A program made the translations under genes and the position numbers. This document shows positions 24,061 to 37,300 of a stretch of DNA of 64,000 bases, piece by piece. Below the pieces are notes generated by a model. The model was not told the origin of the DNA. It ran no database searches and saw nothing but the letters and a program-made list of their open reading frames with translations. The stretch comes from Halocafeteria seosinensis (Eukaryota), in the NCBI GenBank assembly GCA_001687465.1, contig LVLI01000110.1, forward strand, positions 1 to 64,000, given 5' to 3'. Every line of letters starts with the position of its first letter. The first letter of the stretch is position 1.

Positions 24061-27000
24061 TCAGACGGATCTAGTCCGATGCTTGATAGGCGACAAAGTC
24101 TCTGTACTATCAGGTTTGCCTAGCTGAAATCTAACTATCATTTCAATATCGTGAAGAGCATCGAGTTTTTCCGGGTCATCTCCGTATCGGCGTTGGAGAT
24201 CTTCACTGACGGAGTCCGGATCTCGATAGACTGCAACCCTCGATGCCAAATTATTCTTTCAGTCACACACAATTTATGAATATCAGACTTACTAGACTCA
24301 TCCCGATAAGCCTTTTTCCAGAAATAGAATGCCTCAACGTAGAGCTTTTCTCCCAAAACCTGCTTGCAGTTTCTCTTGGCTTCCTCAATAGCTGTACATC
24401 AGTTACGCAACAAGTCAGGAGCACTGTGTTGGCGCGACGTGATCAGTTCGACGCACCTTGATCCTTCAAATTTGTATGAAACATTGGAACAGGAGGTGGT
24501 TCGCTTTCGCTCTCCTTTTGAGGAGTTTCAGCGCTTAGTCTTCTAGGTCGCTGCCTGGCGCGGGATAAGTCTTCCGAGTACATTCGCATCAGCCGATGTC
24601 GCTCATGCATGTCTTCCGACGACTCCCGTGGAGTGGATGCTTGACTGCCCGAAGTTTCACTACTAGGAGGAATAGAAGGTGGAGCAGCGGAGACTGTGGG
24701 TTTCTTCGAAGTCTCCGGGAAAAATCTTTGTTTCGGGGTGCCTGGACTCTCGAAATCATCCGAATACGAATCGTCAGAACTACATGCGGTAACTGCATTT
24801 GTACATCGTGGATAAGGGAACAAGATAAGACACGTGACGTCTACTGATAGTGTACTTACCCGCATAGTGCTTAGATGAATCTCTTGTTGGGCTAATCTCC
24901 GCCACGGAACCTCTGGGATCGCCTGCGCTGGGAATCTGGTTCCATCGTTCTTCTGTTCCTTCGGTTCCCTTAGCCGCATCTTCCAAGGACATATTCCATA
25001 TCCCGTCCTCCGTATCCTCAAATATGTGGTCCTGTGGATGCGGCCCTTCTTCAGAGTCGCTTTTTCTGGTCGCAAGCGCTCTCGATGAGTCTTCCTTCGC
25101 CTTCCCCCATTTGTAGGCTTTACTTAGGGTGACTCTGGACTTAGTTGGATCCACTGAACTGGCCGTGCCCCCGTTGTCCCCCTTTCCACGTTTTCGACTG
25201 TTCCTTGCTGCATGCACTAAAGGAGAGTTTCGAGCCGCAGTCTCCTTGGAACTATCACTGTATCGACGATTCTTGCGCCCACCCTCTCCACCATGAGTAC
25301 TCTTGGCGGATGCCGCGACAGATTGAAGCTTGCCTGTGTACTTTCCTGACGCTTTCTTCCACTTGACTGAGGCTGACGAACTGGGTCGAGACTCTTCGTG
25401 GGCACCACCGCTCGTGGATTCTTCTGCTTGAATGCCTTTAATCTTTTTACCAATTGTACCACCCGTTTTTGCAAGATCTTCGCGGGCTCTCTTGACAAGC
25501 CGCATTTCTAACACCTCCGAAGCGGAAGGACGATCTGTAGGCGTTTTGCTAAGTAGTCTCACCACAAGGTTTTGTAGATCTTTTGAGTAATACGACGGTA
25601 TCGGATCAGGCTCTTTCTGCAGGCATAGGAAAGGTAACCTCATACCGATCGGCGAGCGGGACCCAATGCTGCCATACCTGTACAATCTGGAAGACCAAAG
25701 CCAACAAATTGTTTGCGTCGAACGGTTTCCTTAGCGTACACAGCTGGTACAATACACAACCTAGTGCGAACATATCCGCCGCATAACTGTAAGGCTTGTT
25801 TTCGCAGACTTCCGGAGACCTGCAAGGGAGTCTCAATAATGTAATGGAGTTGCCAACAGGGCATCAACAGACACGTACATGTAATATGGAGTACCAGTCA
25901 TAGTTTTCGCTTGATCTGTGGTATTCTCAAGAACCTGCATCACCAAACTTATTTGGTGGAAAGGGACTCATGCCGCTCCTCGCCAATGATCTTTCCATAC
26001 CTTGGCGATACCAAAATCACCGATCTTGATCATGTGGTTCGCTGTTAGGAAAATATTCTGCAACGGTACCGATACCTCGCATACCCACGCCTAACACAAC
26101 ATAGGTGGTGTGACATCTTACCTGCGTCTTGAGGTCCCTGTGTATGACCCGTTTCTCGTGCACCACAGCTAAAGCGGAGACTATTTGAGTGAACCAGTCC
26201 AGAATTTGCTGTGATACCAACGACAATGACAAGCTTTTCTTGAAAGCGTATTGAGGCCCAGATGACGCGTAGTTATTACCTCCTCTGAAAAGTTACTGCC
26301 CTTTTCTGCCATTTCGTCAATTCTTCGTTTTAGATCACCTCCAGCGCAATACTGAAATCAGAGCAAATCAGTGGGAGGGCATAATCGGTATGAACTACAA
26401 CATGCAGTTATAACCAATACTTACTTGCATCACCGTATACAAATTGCCTTTCTTAATAAAACTATCTGTATCTCCGACGATGCTCAAACCTGCCAGAAGT
26501 GTCACTTTTTAGCATATGCAAACCGTACCATGGTACTTGACGATGCTCGGGTGATCCAGTGAGGCAAGAAGGGCTGTCTCCTGAAGTGACTGTTGCTGAT
26601 CTTGTTCGCTTCCTCCATGAAAAGCTGCACCATCCACTAGTAGGTACTGTAGCATATTCTCTACGAAATTTGGATTGGGACTGTAAACTTACGAATTTGT
26701 TTCATAACATATTTTGCGTCGCCTTGTTTGGTATCTTCTACCAGCATCGCAGTTCCGTACATTCCTCGACCAATGACTTCGACAACTCGGTATTGCCCTA
26801 TGAGTGTGCCTCTAACAGTCTTCTCTCGCTTGGTGGACCTACGCGGACGTTCCCGGCGTTCTGGGGATTGAGGTTTCGGTGGCGGAGGCGAAAAATTGTC
26901 CTCGTCTGTATTGGAGTATTCCTCTTCCTCCGCTTGTTCATTGGAACAGTGGAGCGTGAGGCTTCCCGTGTGTGTTCCACAGCTGCTTGTGGACTTGAAT

Positions 27001-27347
27001 GTGCTCTCTTGCTCTCCATGAGGTGTCGTTCTAGTTGCCTTGTTGTCACTACTCGACGAGATGGGACTGTACTTGGGAGCTGCCGTAGAGGCATGGCCGG
27101 AAGATTGTCCATTACTTTCCTCCCCAGCACCCTTCAATGTGGTTCGTGTAGCGGCTCTGGACGTCGTCTTGTTGGCATCAGAGGCTCTTGGAGATTCTCT
27201 TCTGGAGGCGGTCGTCTTTGTTGAGGATTTCCTGTTGCTGATTGTCCTGTTCCCAGGGACAGGAGGTGGTGATGCAGCCGCAGAGGACGTTTGCACTCTC
27301 TGCGGGGTGCTCTCCCGTGTTGTGGAGGGTCTGCTGATTCTTCTCAT
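24061..27347 (-). CDS. NIMA-related (NEK) Ser/Thr protein kinase, multi-exon
   Basis: Motifs include IGRGMYG, YVMKQI, ILDWFTQIVSALAVVHEKRVIHRDLKTQ|NIFL, KIGDFGIAK|VLE, GTPYYM|SPEVCENKPY and LCTLRKPFDANNL. It has a long S/T-rich N-terminal extension and a NEK-like C-terminal helical motif CKQVLGEKLYVEAF. Confidence 0.92.
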
Positions 27348-27832
27348 TGTGCCAATCAAGTCGGGGGCATGTCTGTCTCCTCTCTGTCTTCAGCCAGCAC
27401 CACTTCAAGACCAGTCAGTCATGCAAATATACTACCAGTAGTGAATACGCCGCATATACACATGATTGGTGCGAATCGGGCGCACAGGGATGAACGATGA
27501 CAATACGCAGTGTTCCACCAGTTTGGGGGGTTACACATGGTCTCTTTCGCAGAAGACGGTTAGGACCGGGATGATCCCGGTGGGTCGCACAGAAGCAGTT
27601 ACAACAAAGGTGCATAACATACGGAAGAAGCCGAGGAGTCCCACGTAGCAACCGTCATAAGACTCTGTTTCAGTCTTAGTGTGAAACAACTGATAATGGC
27701 TGCATTGATGACTGCCTGAATACAGCGTGTATACTGTACATGCAAACCAAGCTCGCATGCTTCGCACGGGATTCCAGTGATGAAAGTATTATAGGTGTTT
27801 AAGGGTGTTAACATGTGTTTGAACAATACGAT

Positions 27833-27904
27833 TCCCATATAGTCTAGAGGTTAGGATTCCGCCCTCTCAAGGCGGAGACCCGGGTTCAATTCCCGGTGTG
27901 GGAA
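27833..27904 (+). tRNA. tRNA-Glu (anticodon CTC)
   Basis: Acceptor stem TCCCATA/TGTGGGA, anticodon arm CCGCC-CTCTCAA-GGCGG, T arm CCGGG-TTCAATT-CCCGG. Confidence 0.97.
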
Positions 27905-27906
27905 CG

Positions 27907-27915
27907 TTTTTTTTT
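27907..27915 (+). terminator. RNA Pol III oligo-T terminator
   Basis: T run immediately after tRNA-Glu. Confidence 0.8.
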
Positions 27916-28362
27916 CTTTCTTGTCTTTTCTTTTGCACTCGAATGGATAGTATCATAATCGTCTGTTAAGGTTATGCCCAACCAGTAAGCATTCTATGAA
28001 ACCATTTAGCACTGGCAGCACAATCACTAAAGAACATGTGCAACAGGTCTCATTCCAGAAGGTCTTGGTAGACGTGACACCGCTTCTTCTATCATTATTG
28101 GGTGATAGTGCAAGTAAGACTAGGTATGTTGAGCGGTAGTAATTGCTATAATCCCATCATTTATTTTCTTTGTAGAATGGTGCTAATTTGCACTGCTTTC
28201 TTCAGCCAAAGGGGCTGGCTGGCAACAAACCAATCTAATCGGAATCCAAGTCCAAACCGTTCCTTAGAAATTTGGCCACGCCCACCCGGAGAATGGACAT
28301 ACGCGATAACATTGTAGATTCTTTCGAAAAGGGAGCCATTGGCCCAATGATAGGAACAGTTA

Positions 28363-29328
28363 CTACTGTCGTTGCTTTGGCTGCGTCTCAGCCCTTCGTT
28401 TCTCCTCGTTAATCTCTACATGGAAACAGCCTGCGAGTAGTTTTGCAGACAAACCTTGATGTGCAATAGGGTTTGACTTGCGGATGTTGCTATGCAATAC
28501 AATCACTTACATTTGGGTAGGGCAGAAACATCAGCGTTGACTCTGGCGTCCACGCCAAACACCTCCAAGATACCTTGGATAACACCACAAGGGTAGATCA
28601 AGTATATCAAGCCCCCTTTTCGGGAATCTTCTCCCACGGGAGCTGAGACATATTTTAAGAAAGAGTACTCCTGGTCAATGAGTTTCCACAGTCCCTGCAT
28701 GAACCCATCAAAACAAGTCGGGTGTTAGCAAACGCCCCTCCTCATATGTCATCACCATTCGTCCACACGTTCTTACCCTGCTATTGGTGCTCAAGTAATC
28801 TATCTGTTTGTTGTGTAGATACCTCCAAATATCACGTCCGATAAAGCGCATTACATCATGCATTGTTTGAGGACCACCTTTCTCCCCTTCACTGAGACGA
28901 GCTGTATGTCTGTGCACAAAAGTCATGGTACATGTTAGACATACAGACATGAACACTACTGGATTTCCAAAGCCTTACAAATGAGCTAACTTGCGCCCCG
29001 TAGCGCAGCCGGCTTCTTGTAGTCTATCGTACACATCTTTGGCTCCAAAACTTCGACCGCCCTCTTGCTCTTTGGTGGTGGTGGCGGCTCCAGAGCCAGA
29101 TACATTGTCACTTGGGGTCTCCTCTTCAGAGGCCTCCTTTTTCAGGTGGTCCGTATCCTCACGGGTGGAGTCAGGAGGTGCATTATCCTCCTCTTCCTGC
29201 TGTTGTTTCGAGGGAGGGTAGAACGAGGGCTGGTGCTTCTCCCACAAGTAGCTCACGAACTCGTAGTACAATAAGTCGATGACTGTACCATTAATACGAC
29301 TCGCAGGACTCGTTGCTAAATTCGACAT
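28363..29328 (-). CDS. TRAPPC6: TRAPP subunit TRAPPC6/Trs33 (Bet3 family), 4 exons
   Basis: Motifs include DLLYYEFV, RLQEAGCATGRKL, DVMRFIGRDIWRYLHNKQIDYLSTNSR|G and YLIYPCGVIQGILEVFGV...LPKC|CFHV. There is an acidic insertion after helix 1. Confidence 0.88.
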
Positions 29329-29482
29329 GCTTTTTTATTATTATAACCTTGACCTACCTATTGCAACTGCGGCTACCAACCAACAATACAGACGAATACA
29401 ACTATTGTTGTACAGTGGCGTTACATGGTATCCTCCCGCACCTGGCTTTTCGACAAGATACACCCGACAGTAGCGAACGTGG

Positions 29483-32400
29483 TTAGTGGTCTCCTTCTTC
29501 TTTGTTCGGCATAGGTAGGCTACCCGATTCGCTATAATTCTGCGGCACGGGCGAGCAACTTGGATGAAACAACTCTTCGTCGAAACCAGAATCAGTTGGG
29601 GAAGAGGACTCGGGTATTTCTCCAATTACGCCACCTGATGGAGGCACTTGGTTGTAATCTTCCGACCCTTCTTGGCTATCATGTTCATCATTGAGTGGAC
29701 GTTGTGAGGCAGGAGACGCTGAAGGGATGCGAGCGTGGAACATAAAGTCGCCTGCAGATTCAGGTCTATCTGTTCGGGCAGTCGCGATCGTTCTCTCAAT
29801 TTCAGTTTCCACTTGAAGCCCCGTAATAGTTCCAGAAAACGAGATAGGGCCAGTGGTTTGACTTCCTTCGTTCTGCATTGTACCGTGTTCTTTTTCACAG
29901 AATTTTCCGCTACTTGCAAGATTCTCAGAGCGCTGAAGACCTCGAGCATAGTATGTGCTGTTTGATGGCTTCGACAAGAGCTTTTTCAATAAGGATCGCT
30001 GAGCTGACGACGCATAAGACTGTCTCTCACCCGCATTACCACGTTCTCTATACGAGGAAGCTTGAGTAGGACTGTATGATACTACGGGACCTACCTCCAA
30101 ATCGCTGTTCTCCTTGACTACCGTATATTCCCGCTCTTCAGGTTTTCGGTGCTTGATGACGTCCTTCTCATCGTTTTCTGCGTCGTCACCTTCACGGCGC
30201 GACCCTCTCTGTAGCGGCGGTAGCTTTGGCCACGAAGTTGTTCCTTCACTTGACAACCAAGCACTTTTTCCTTCGAGCTCTAGTTTGCCAGTTATCAGAA
30301 CCTCGTTTACATTCGGATACGGTTTCGGTTCCTCCCCCGGAGTATGTTCATACTGGGAAGCCACAAGGGACTTTTTCGGTTCAAAAGCGTCTTTGTGCTC
30401 TAAATACCTTCCTTCAGAACCTGCGGAACTGAACGTGGAGTAGTTGTACTTTTCCGTGTACTCATGAACCCATGAGGCATCTACGTGATTCCGCGACTCT
30501 TCAAAACTGCCTATTATATGCTTGGATTCTAGAGTAATCGCATCCTCATTCTGTTGCGCATTTTTTGTGTTTCCCTTCTGCCGAGGGAAGCCGTGCGGGC
30601 TGAGAAGCGATCCGGTAGACTTGTTGTGGGGAGAAGAGCTTGATAGGGGAACGGCTTGATACCGGGGCCGGTTGGTTGGCTCTTTCTCCTTCGATGAGCG
30701 TTCAGATTTGGAGGTAAACTCTTTGAAACTGGAGTTTCGCTCTCGTTCTTCCAATGATGGGTCAGCCTTCGCAATGTTGCTAATGGATAATGCTAGTCCT
30801 GGATTCTTGGAGTTTTGGCTCTCTTTAGCATGCCAACCGAACGACCGAGGTTTTCGTACCATTCGCACCTGTTTCTTATTCGCTGGTGATGGATTCTCAC
30901 GTGTTTTTGTGGTTGAATTTATCATAGATAGGTCATCCAAGCTTTGGATCCCCTCATCATCAATTTTTACCTCAAGGATGGAGCTGGAGGAAATGTGTCT
31001 CTTCAAGACAAAAGGGTGAGATTCCACGTCGGTAATTGTGGCCCTACGTTTCGACGTCTTTTCTAGCATCCACAAGAGCAAATCTAGAGCTTCCAGAGAT
31101 AGATGTACCCAATATCGATTGCGATTAAGAGCATCATCTGTATCATGCAGTCCCGGTGTACTGCTGCTCGTCGATTTCCGCGGGATCACCGGCTTCAATG
31201 GGGCAGCATTGTCTCTTTGGGCTCGTTGTCCGTTTTTGTGTTTCGGCGGTCTTGCAGAGTCCTTGTCGTTTATTTCCGCTGTCCCTTCCTTCCGAGATTG
31301 TCGTTTATGGCGATTTTCCGATAATGTGACGGATTTGTCCGAATAGAGCTCAGTTGAGTATTCGCGTTCCTTGTCGGACTTAGTCCAAGAGTGCTTGTGC
31401 AGAAGCTTCAAATAGTATGCAGAGCCGTGTTTTTCTATTATTTTATGTCGCAATGTTCGCAAGGCAAGAGCCTCTTTTAATACCCTTCTCGATGCGTAGT
31501 GGGGCCATGGTGGTTCAGTCTTGCACACCCTCCGTCGTACTTCCCGAGCGGAGCTACCCATGAACGGAAAGTGGCCGGTCTGCATGTCACATTGTCAACA
31601 CTGTAAAAAAACGACCTGTAGAACGCACACAAAGTTATTTCTAAAGTTTCATACCAATGCTGTGTATAGTAGTACACCCAAGCTCCAAATATCAACAGCA
31701 CGGCCGTCATAGAACTTGTGTAGTTGCATTTCCGGAGCCATCTGTTCGAGCACACCCGAGTAATCAAGACCCGCACAAGAGAGGGTGGACCTTGAACTTA
31801 CATATAATTCCGATCCGCATTCACTCTTTAGGCAATCATATTCGTCACTCAAATCTTCGCCACTCTTTACATGTGATATCTGGGTAGACTGTTTGTCCTC
31901 TGAAGGCCTGGTCGCCGAGCGGGTAAGTTGAGCAGCAAGGCCAAAGTCACATAGTCTAACGGAGTTCCACTGCTTAGACGAAGAAAACATTACGTTTTCC
32001 AACTTTATGTCCCGATGGGCAATTCCTCTCCCGTGAGCATACGCAACAGCCTCTGTGAGCTCTTGAAATATAGGCCGCATCTCTGGTTCCCACAGCAGTT
32101 TCTTCTTCCGCACCAGTGAATGTAAAGTGCCTCTGGAAGCATAAAAAATAAGGTCCCGGTTACCCATTTTGTCCAAATGTTCAAAAAAAGAAAGCATCTT
32201 ATGCTTCTTACCCATCTGAATACTCCATGACTACGTGAACACCACGATGACTCTGATGAACATCATATAGAGTAATTATATTCGGATGATCTAGAGTACT
32301 TAAGATTCTGTAATGATCGTTCACGTCTTATACATGACTCAACATAAAGTACTGCTTAAAAATAACGACATGGCTTACTTGACTTCCTTCTCAATGAGTA

Positions 32401-32733
32401 CTACACATCTCGGGTCCTTGAGGCTCCTACTTCGGTATAACTTGACAGCGACGTGGTCGCCGGTCGACCAGGTTTCGTCTTGAGTATGTCTCTTTGGTGG
32501 AGCTATACTCGGTCTCGTAACCTTGGCTTTCCAAACTTGTGCAAACCCTCCTTGTCCTAACAGCTGCACGTATTTGGGAAGCAAACTCCCATCATCAGCA
32601 CAGTGGCTAGTGGAACCGCATCAAGTTGACTTACTTGGTCAGGCCGATACCATCCGGGAGCCCTGTGTTCGAACGTACGATACCTGTGGCCATATTCAGT
32701 CTCATTGTGGGCGTTTGCTGCGTTGTCTGCCAT
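29483..32733 (-). CDS. CAMK-group (AMPK/MARK-like) Ser/Thr kinase with a long disordered C-terminus
   Basis: Motifs include LGQGGFAQV, VAVK, HPNIITLYDV, IAHRDIKLEN, LCDFGLA, CGSELY|MAPE, YDGRAVDIWSLGVLLYTAL|TGHFPF. The start may instead be at 32769. Confidence 0.88.
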
Positions 32734-34335
32734 GGTGTATTTGAGCCGGGAATCAAAGTCTGTCTTCATGCAGTCGAGGAAGAAGTCGCAAGTTTACCAC
32801 CCTCTTTAATTGCGTACTACCCGCGTTTTAAAGGACATAATGCTCCTCCAGTACAGATATGCGTCTTTCTTTATACTCGCTTCTCCTCGAATTACCTCTC
32901 TGAAATATCGCAACAAGCCTCGAAAGCACCCTGAGCGAGGTCGCGCGTTCGTTAAACTAATGTCCGACTCATTTATTGCCTTCTCCACCGCATTTTCGAC
33001 GCGCACATCCCAGTTTAAGTCTGTCGAAAAAGGAGAGCTTGCACATCCAAGCGCTTGCTCGTGCAGGAACCTAGACAGGGAATCTCGTCTACCGGATCTC
33101 GCAGTCAGCTGCCGCTGGAGCCTCAAGGAAGCAGAAGGTCTTTTTCGCGTAATGAGTGTACGTTCAATGCTTTTGGGGAGACTCTGCCCGATGGGTACTG
33201 TATGAATCACTGTCAATCCGACTCGAATTTAAAATCAAGTTGAACGTTCAAGTCTGCTGATTGCAGTGCACATCATTGTTCTCCCCCTCGTGGGTGGGTT
33301 GCGATCTGCGTTTCTCCGAATCACGGGTTTTCACAGGGCAGCTTCGCAACCGTAATCGCGAGATGCGATGTATCCGCTAATAACACTAACTTTCAGAAAG
33401 CTTTGAATAGCCACTCAGCGCAGCCATCCCCCCCCTGGCGTTCTTTCTCCGCCAGTCGGACAAGCGACACAAAGAGCGACAAGTTTACTGGATGCAGTAC
33501 GTGCGGCGGTAGACAGAGTGACCATCCAGAAGTCATTACAAGTTGTGAAAGAATTATGCCATAGTCAAATACGGCAATGTGACCGTTCAGTGAATCGACA
33601 TCCGTTGGGAATGTCGGTACCGTATGGTCGAGACTGTGACGGGCAGACATACCTCCATGTAATGGAACAACACGGGGTCATTGCTTTTCTAAAGCTAGCT
33701 ATGAGTATAAGCATGAATACTACTGGAAATTCACGACTCATTACTTCCATGCTATTAGGTTCCACGGTGAAAATTGCTTCCCCGGCTTAATTGCTGATAA
33801 TTCTTAAGTTCTTTGGCAGAAGTCAAGATAAACTCCCCACATATGTTTGCTTGTGGATTTCTTGACCGTTTCTATAGCAACAGATGCAAATTGTGTGACA
33901 GTTTGGAGTCGCTACTTGGGCAGTATGGTAACGCACTTCGCAGTGTCGCAGTTCAGAGGCGAAGAGTTACAAACCGTTGCTATTGTACAGGTAGCGACCT
34001 CCTCGAACAATTGCTTATTGCATTCACACATTGCTAGAATTCAGATGGATCGACTACAATGAGGATCTGCTTTGAGCATTTATGCATGCAGGCTTTATTG
34101 AAATACCATTGGTATGGGACACATTACAGCCGAGCCGGTTGAAGTTGCGACCAACTTGACCCCGCGGTGCCAGCGCTGAGCGCTGTCTTCTGATCATCGC
34201 GTTTGATGGGTCCTTCGGTAACTTGATTTCTTTTATTGGACATTGGTACTAATTCATTGAGGTGACTTTCATTTACCATCCATGATTTACGAATTCCTGC
34301 TCGCTGATCACAGCACTACCGCGTAGCACGCCAGA

Positions 34336-37300
34336 GTGCGCCAAAAAACATCAAGCCTTGCATTGTTTCCTGCAAGCCAATGCTGCGATGAAGTGTACCC
34401 AGGTGAACTAAACAAGGTAGAATATATGAAAAACGAGCTCAGGGATGAATTGGCTGCCAATCTAGAGAATAGGGAGCTTGAAACGCGGGTCCGCTATCCG
34501 CAGGAGTGCGCAACCGCACGAGAGTGCTTGTTGGAGCGTAATTGCATATTCATTGGGCAAGGAAGAATCATAACCCCTTCGTTGCCTACCTAACAGGTGT
34601 CTGGCGAGGGCTTGCATAGTGGTGTTGGAAAATGTCGGAACGGTACAATTTGGCAGCGCGCGACATTCTGCAGCGAACCCTGGAGATCCACCAGAAGAGA
34701 AAGAAGGAGGAGGAAAGCAAGTATCCCAAGGGTACTCGACAGGTTGTCACGTTAAACAGGAGCTCAAGTAGTTTTGAATCCTTTCAGTTCAGTCCCTTGA
34801 CTCGTATCAGCTTCGATGAGGAAGATAAGCGGCTCTTGAACTCCCGGGCTGAAGCGAAGGATCAGAAGGATGATACTGCTTCGGGGCGCTCTCGGTTATA
34901 TCGTACCACTAACACATACACAAGCTCGCATAGTGCGATCCAATCCCCGCAACACCACAACAAGGGAAACGGAGAGGATCAGGATGCTGGAATGATCTTT
35001 CAGAAGGCCTTAGCGGGAGCTTACAGCGTTTTGTCGAAGAAGTCTGAAAATGAATTTCAAAATCGGGGAGCGGCTGAACGTTCATCTTCGTACGATGCTC
35101 TTCAGCCTGGGAGACGGAGTTCGGCGGAATCGTCTGAGAGAGTGTTTGGCGATTCCGGTATGAAGAAAGCACATGAAGAGGCACACGAAGAAGGCGAAAC
35201 GCCCCCCGAGGAGGTCGGCCCTGTGCTTGATACTGTTTGCTCGCCGGGATACAAACGAGAGAAGTTACATAAGCATGACCCCCTGCATGTTCCTCGACTA
35301 AGCTACGAGGAAGGAGTTCCATCATTAATTCGAGAGCTTAAGAACGAGTCTGAAAACTCATCTATCAATTCTTTGAAGGATATCTCCTCGAAGAACCCCG
35401 AGAATGCTTTCGGCAGACACAGGTTTGGAGACTTCGACAACTCCGAGGCGTTGGTGAACGCAATGGCTGCTACTTTGGAGAAGAAAGTTAAGCTTAGCAC
35501 ACATGAATCCGTATCCACTATAGAAGAGCTAATGCGCCAAATATCTGATATTATATATGCTATTCGGTCAGCAGCCGAGAAAGCAGCTAGAATCGAGCGA
35601 GGCGAACTCCCGTCCGTAGCGGGGGCATTACCATGGGCAGCATTGAATGCCACTGTTGTGGATGACACTTTCTTTGAAAATGGAAAAGGCATGGTTCATT
35701 CAAATAAAGGGAGGCGTACCAAAGAGAAGTTTTCATCACACGCAGGTACGAATGAGTATCCACCCTTAACTGACGATAATTCCGGTGATGATAATCCCCA
35801 TAGTACCCCGGATACTGGCCGGGAATCTAAAGCAAGCACGGCAGGAGACTCATCTCGGTTTTTGGAATACCGGTACGATATTACTCAAACGTCCAAATTC
35901 GATGCCCTCAAAGAGTTAGAAGATAGGTTTACACGTCTTGTCAAGAATATGAGAGAGTTCATTGACGTTACATGCTCCAGCGCCAGTGAAACCCACAATG
36001 ATAACCTTTTCAAGATGATGGAGATAGACACTAAGCATATAAATTGGTTGAAACAGGAACATGAAAGAATTCTGGCTCAGGTTAGGTCTGGGGTGCGGTC
36101 GCAGGTTCAGGCCACGCTCCGAGCGCAACGATGTGATGGTTCAGGGAAAGAAGACCAATCGTACGGAGACGATGCCGCCTACATGGCAGCACTAAGACAA
36201 AGACTGGAGGCGGAAGCTTCCCAAGCCAAACTTGACGCTGAGTCCCGGGAATTTCGCCGGCGTACACTGGCTCACTACACCCAGCGATTGAGGAAGACGT
36301 TAGCGAAGGTTTCCAAGGGGCTAGGGATTTCTGTTGGCATGATTCCAGTGCCACCTGCTTTGACACAGGAGGATATTGAAGAGATTAATCCAGATGCTGA
36401 CGAAGAAGAAGGACAGCTAACTCCGATAGAATCTCCTACGGATGAGGAAGATCACGATGAGCAGCAAGAGAGTGACGAAGAAGAAGTTGAAAATCAGTTC
36501 AATAACGAACTTTTCAAGAAAATGGAGGAACTGGAGGACTCAAAGCGACAAGTGCAACAATATGAGATTCAGTATTTGGAAGAAAAAGTAAGTTATGCTT
36601 CTCCCAGTGCTGTTTTGGGCATGTTCTGTTGTAATGCTGTGTATGAAATACAGGAAAGACGCGAGGAACTGGAGAACGAGAATAGTCGTCTCCAACAGCT
36701 GTTGGAAAAGGCATCTGGTAATTCGGTATGAGGCATGGTTTCATAAATTGTATAAGTTGTATTTAATTGTCATCCATGTGCGCGACTGCAGAGTGACAAA
36801 GCAGGGAATGTTGCCAAGCGCGACTCTGATATCGTTGCTGCGGAAACAGAGGACTATTTTCACGACGCTTCTGAGCCTGAAGTTTGGAAAAAGGATGGTG
36901 TTATAGCAGAGGCCGAGGAGGAGCCTTTCCACGGTAGCACCACTGGATTTGAAGAAGGAGAAGTGAACGTCCAGACAGATGTCACGGAAGGCAATGCAGG
37001 TAGTGAGGGCGCTTCTGACAAAGAGCAGGAAGGTGGCGGCAAGGAATGGAGAGAACCTAGTGATCGAGATGACGACGAAACGACGAAAGCGAGGAAACCG
37101 CAAAAGGAAGAAACCTTTGAGAAGACCCGAAGTACGAAACCCAAGAGCCTCACAAAGAGCTTTTCCAGCCCAGCGCTTCGGAATAAAGCCACACACGACC
37201 GGAAACCTCGAAGTGGGGAGAAGGGTACTCAGTACCAGACTTGTACAAAGCGTGATCCACATGCATCCGGACAAGGGGAGAGCACGACGTCACCACCTTC

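Noticed and set aside
27790..27794. TATAG about 45 nt upstream of both tRNA genes as a shared Pol III upstream element
   Set aside because: A five-base match at two loci is not enough to support a call.
6660..29328. Two TRAPP subunits (TRAPPC8, TRAPPC6) in one window as a functional cluster
   Set aside because: They are 17 kb apart with unrelated genes between them, which is compatible with chance in a compact genome.
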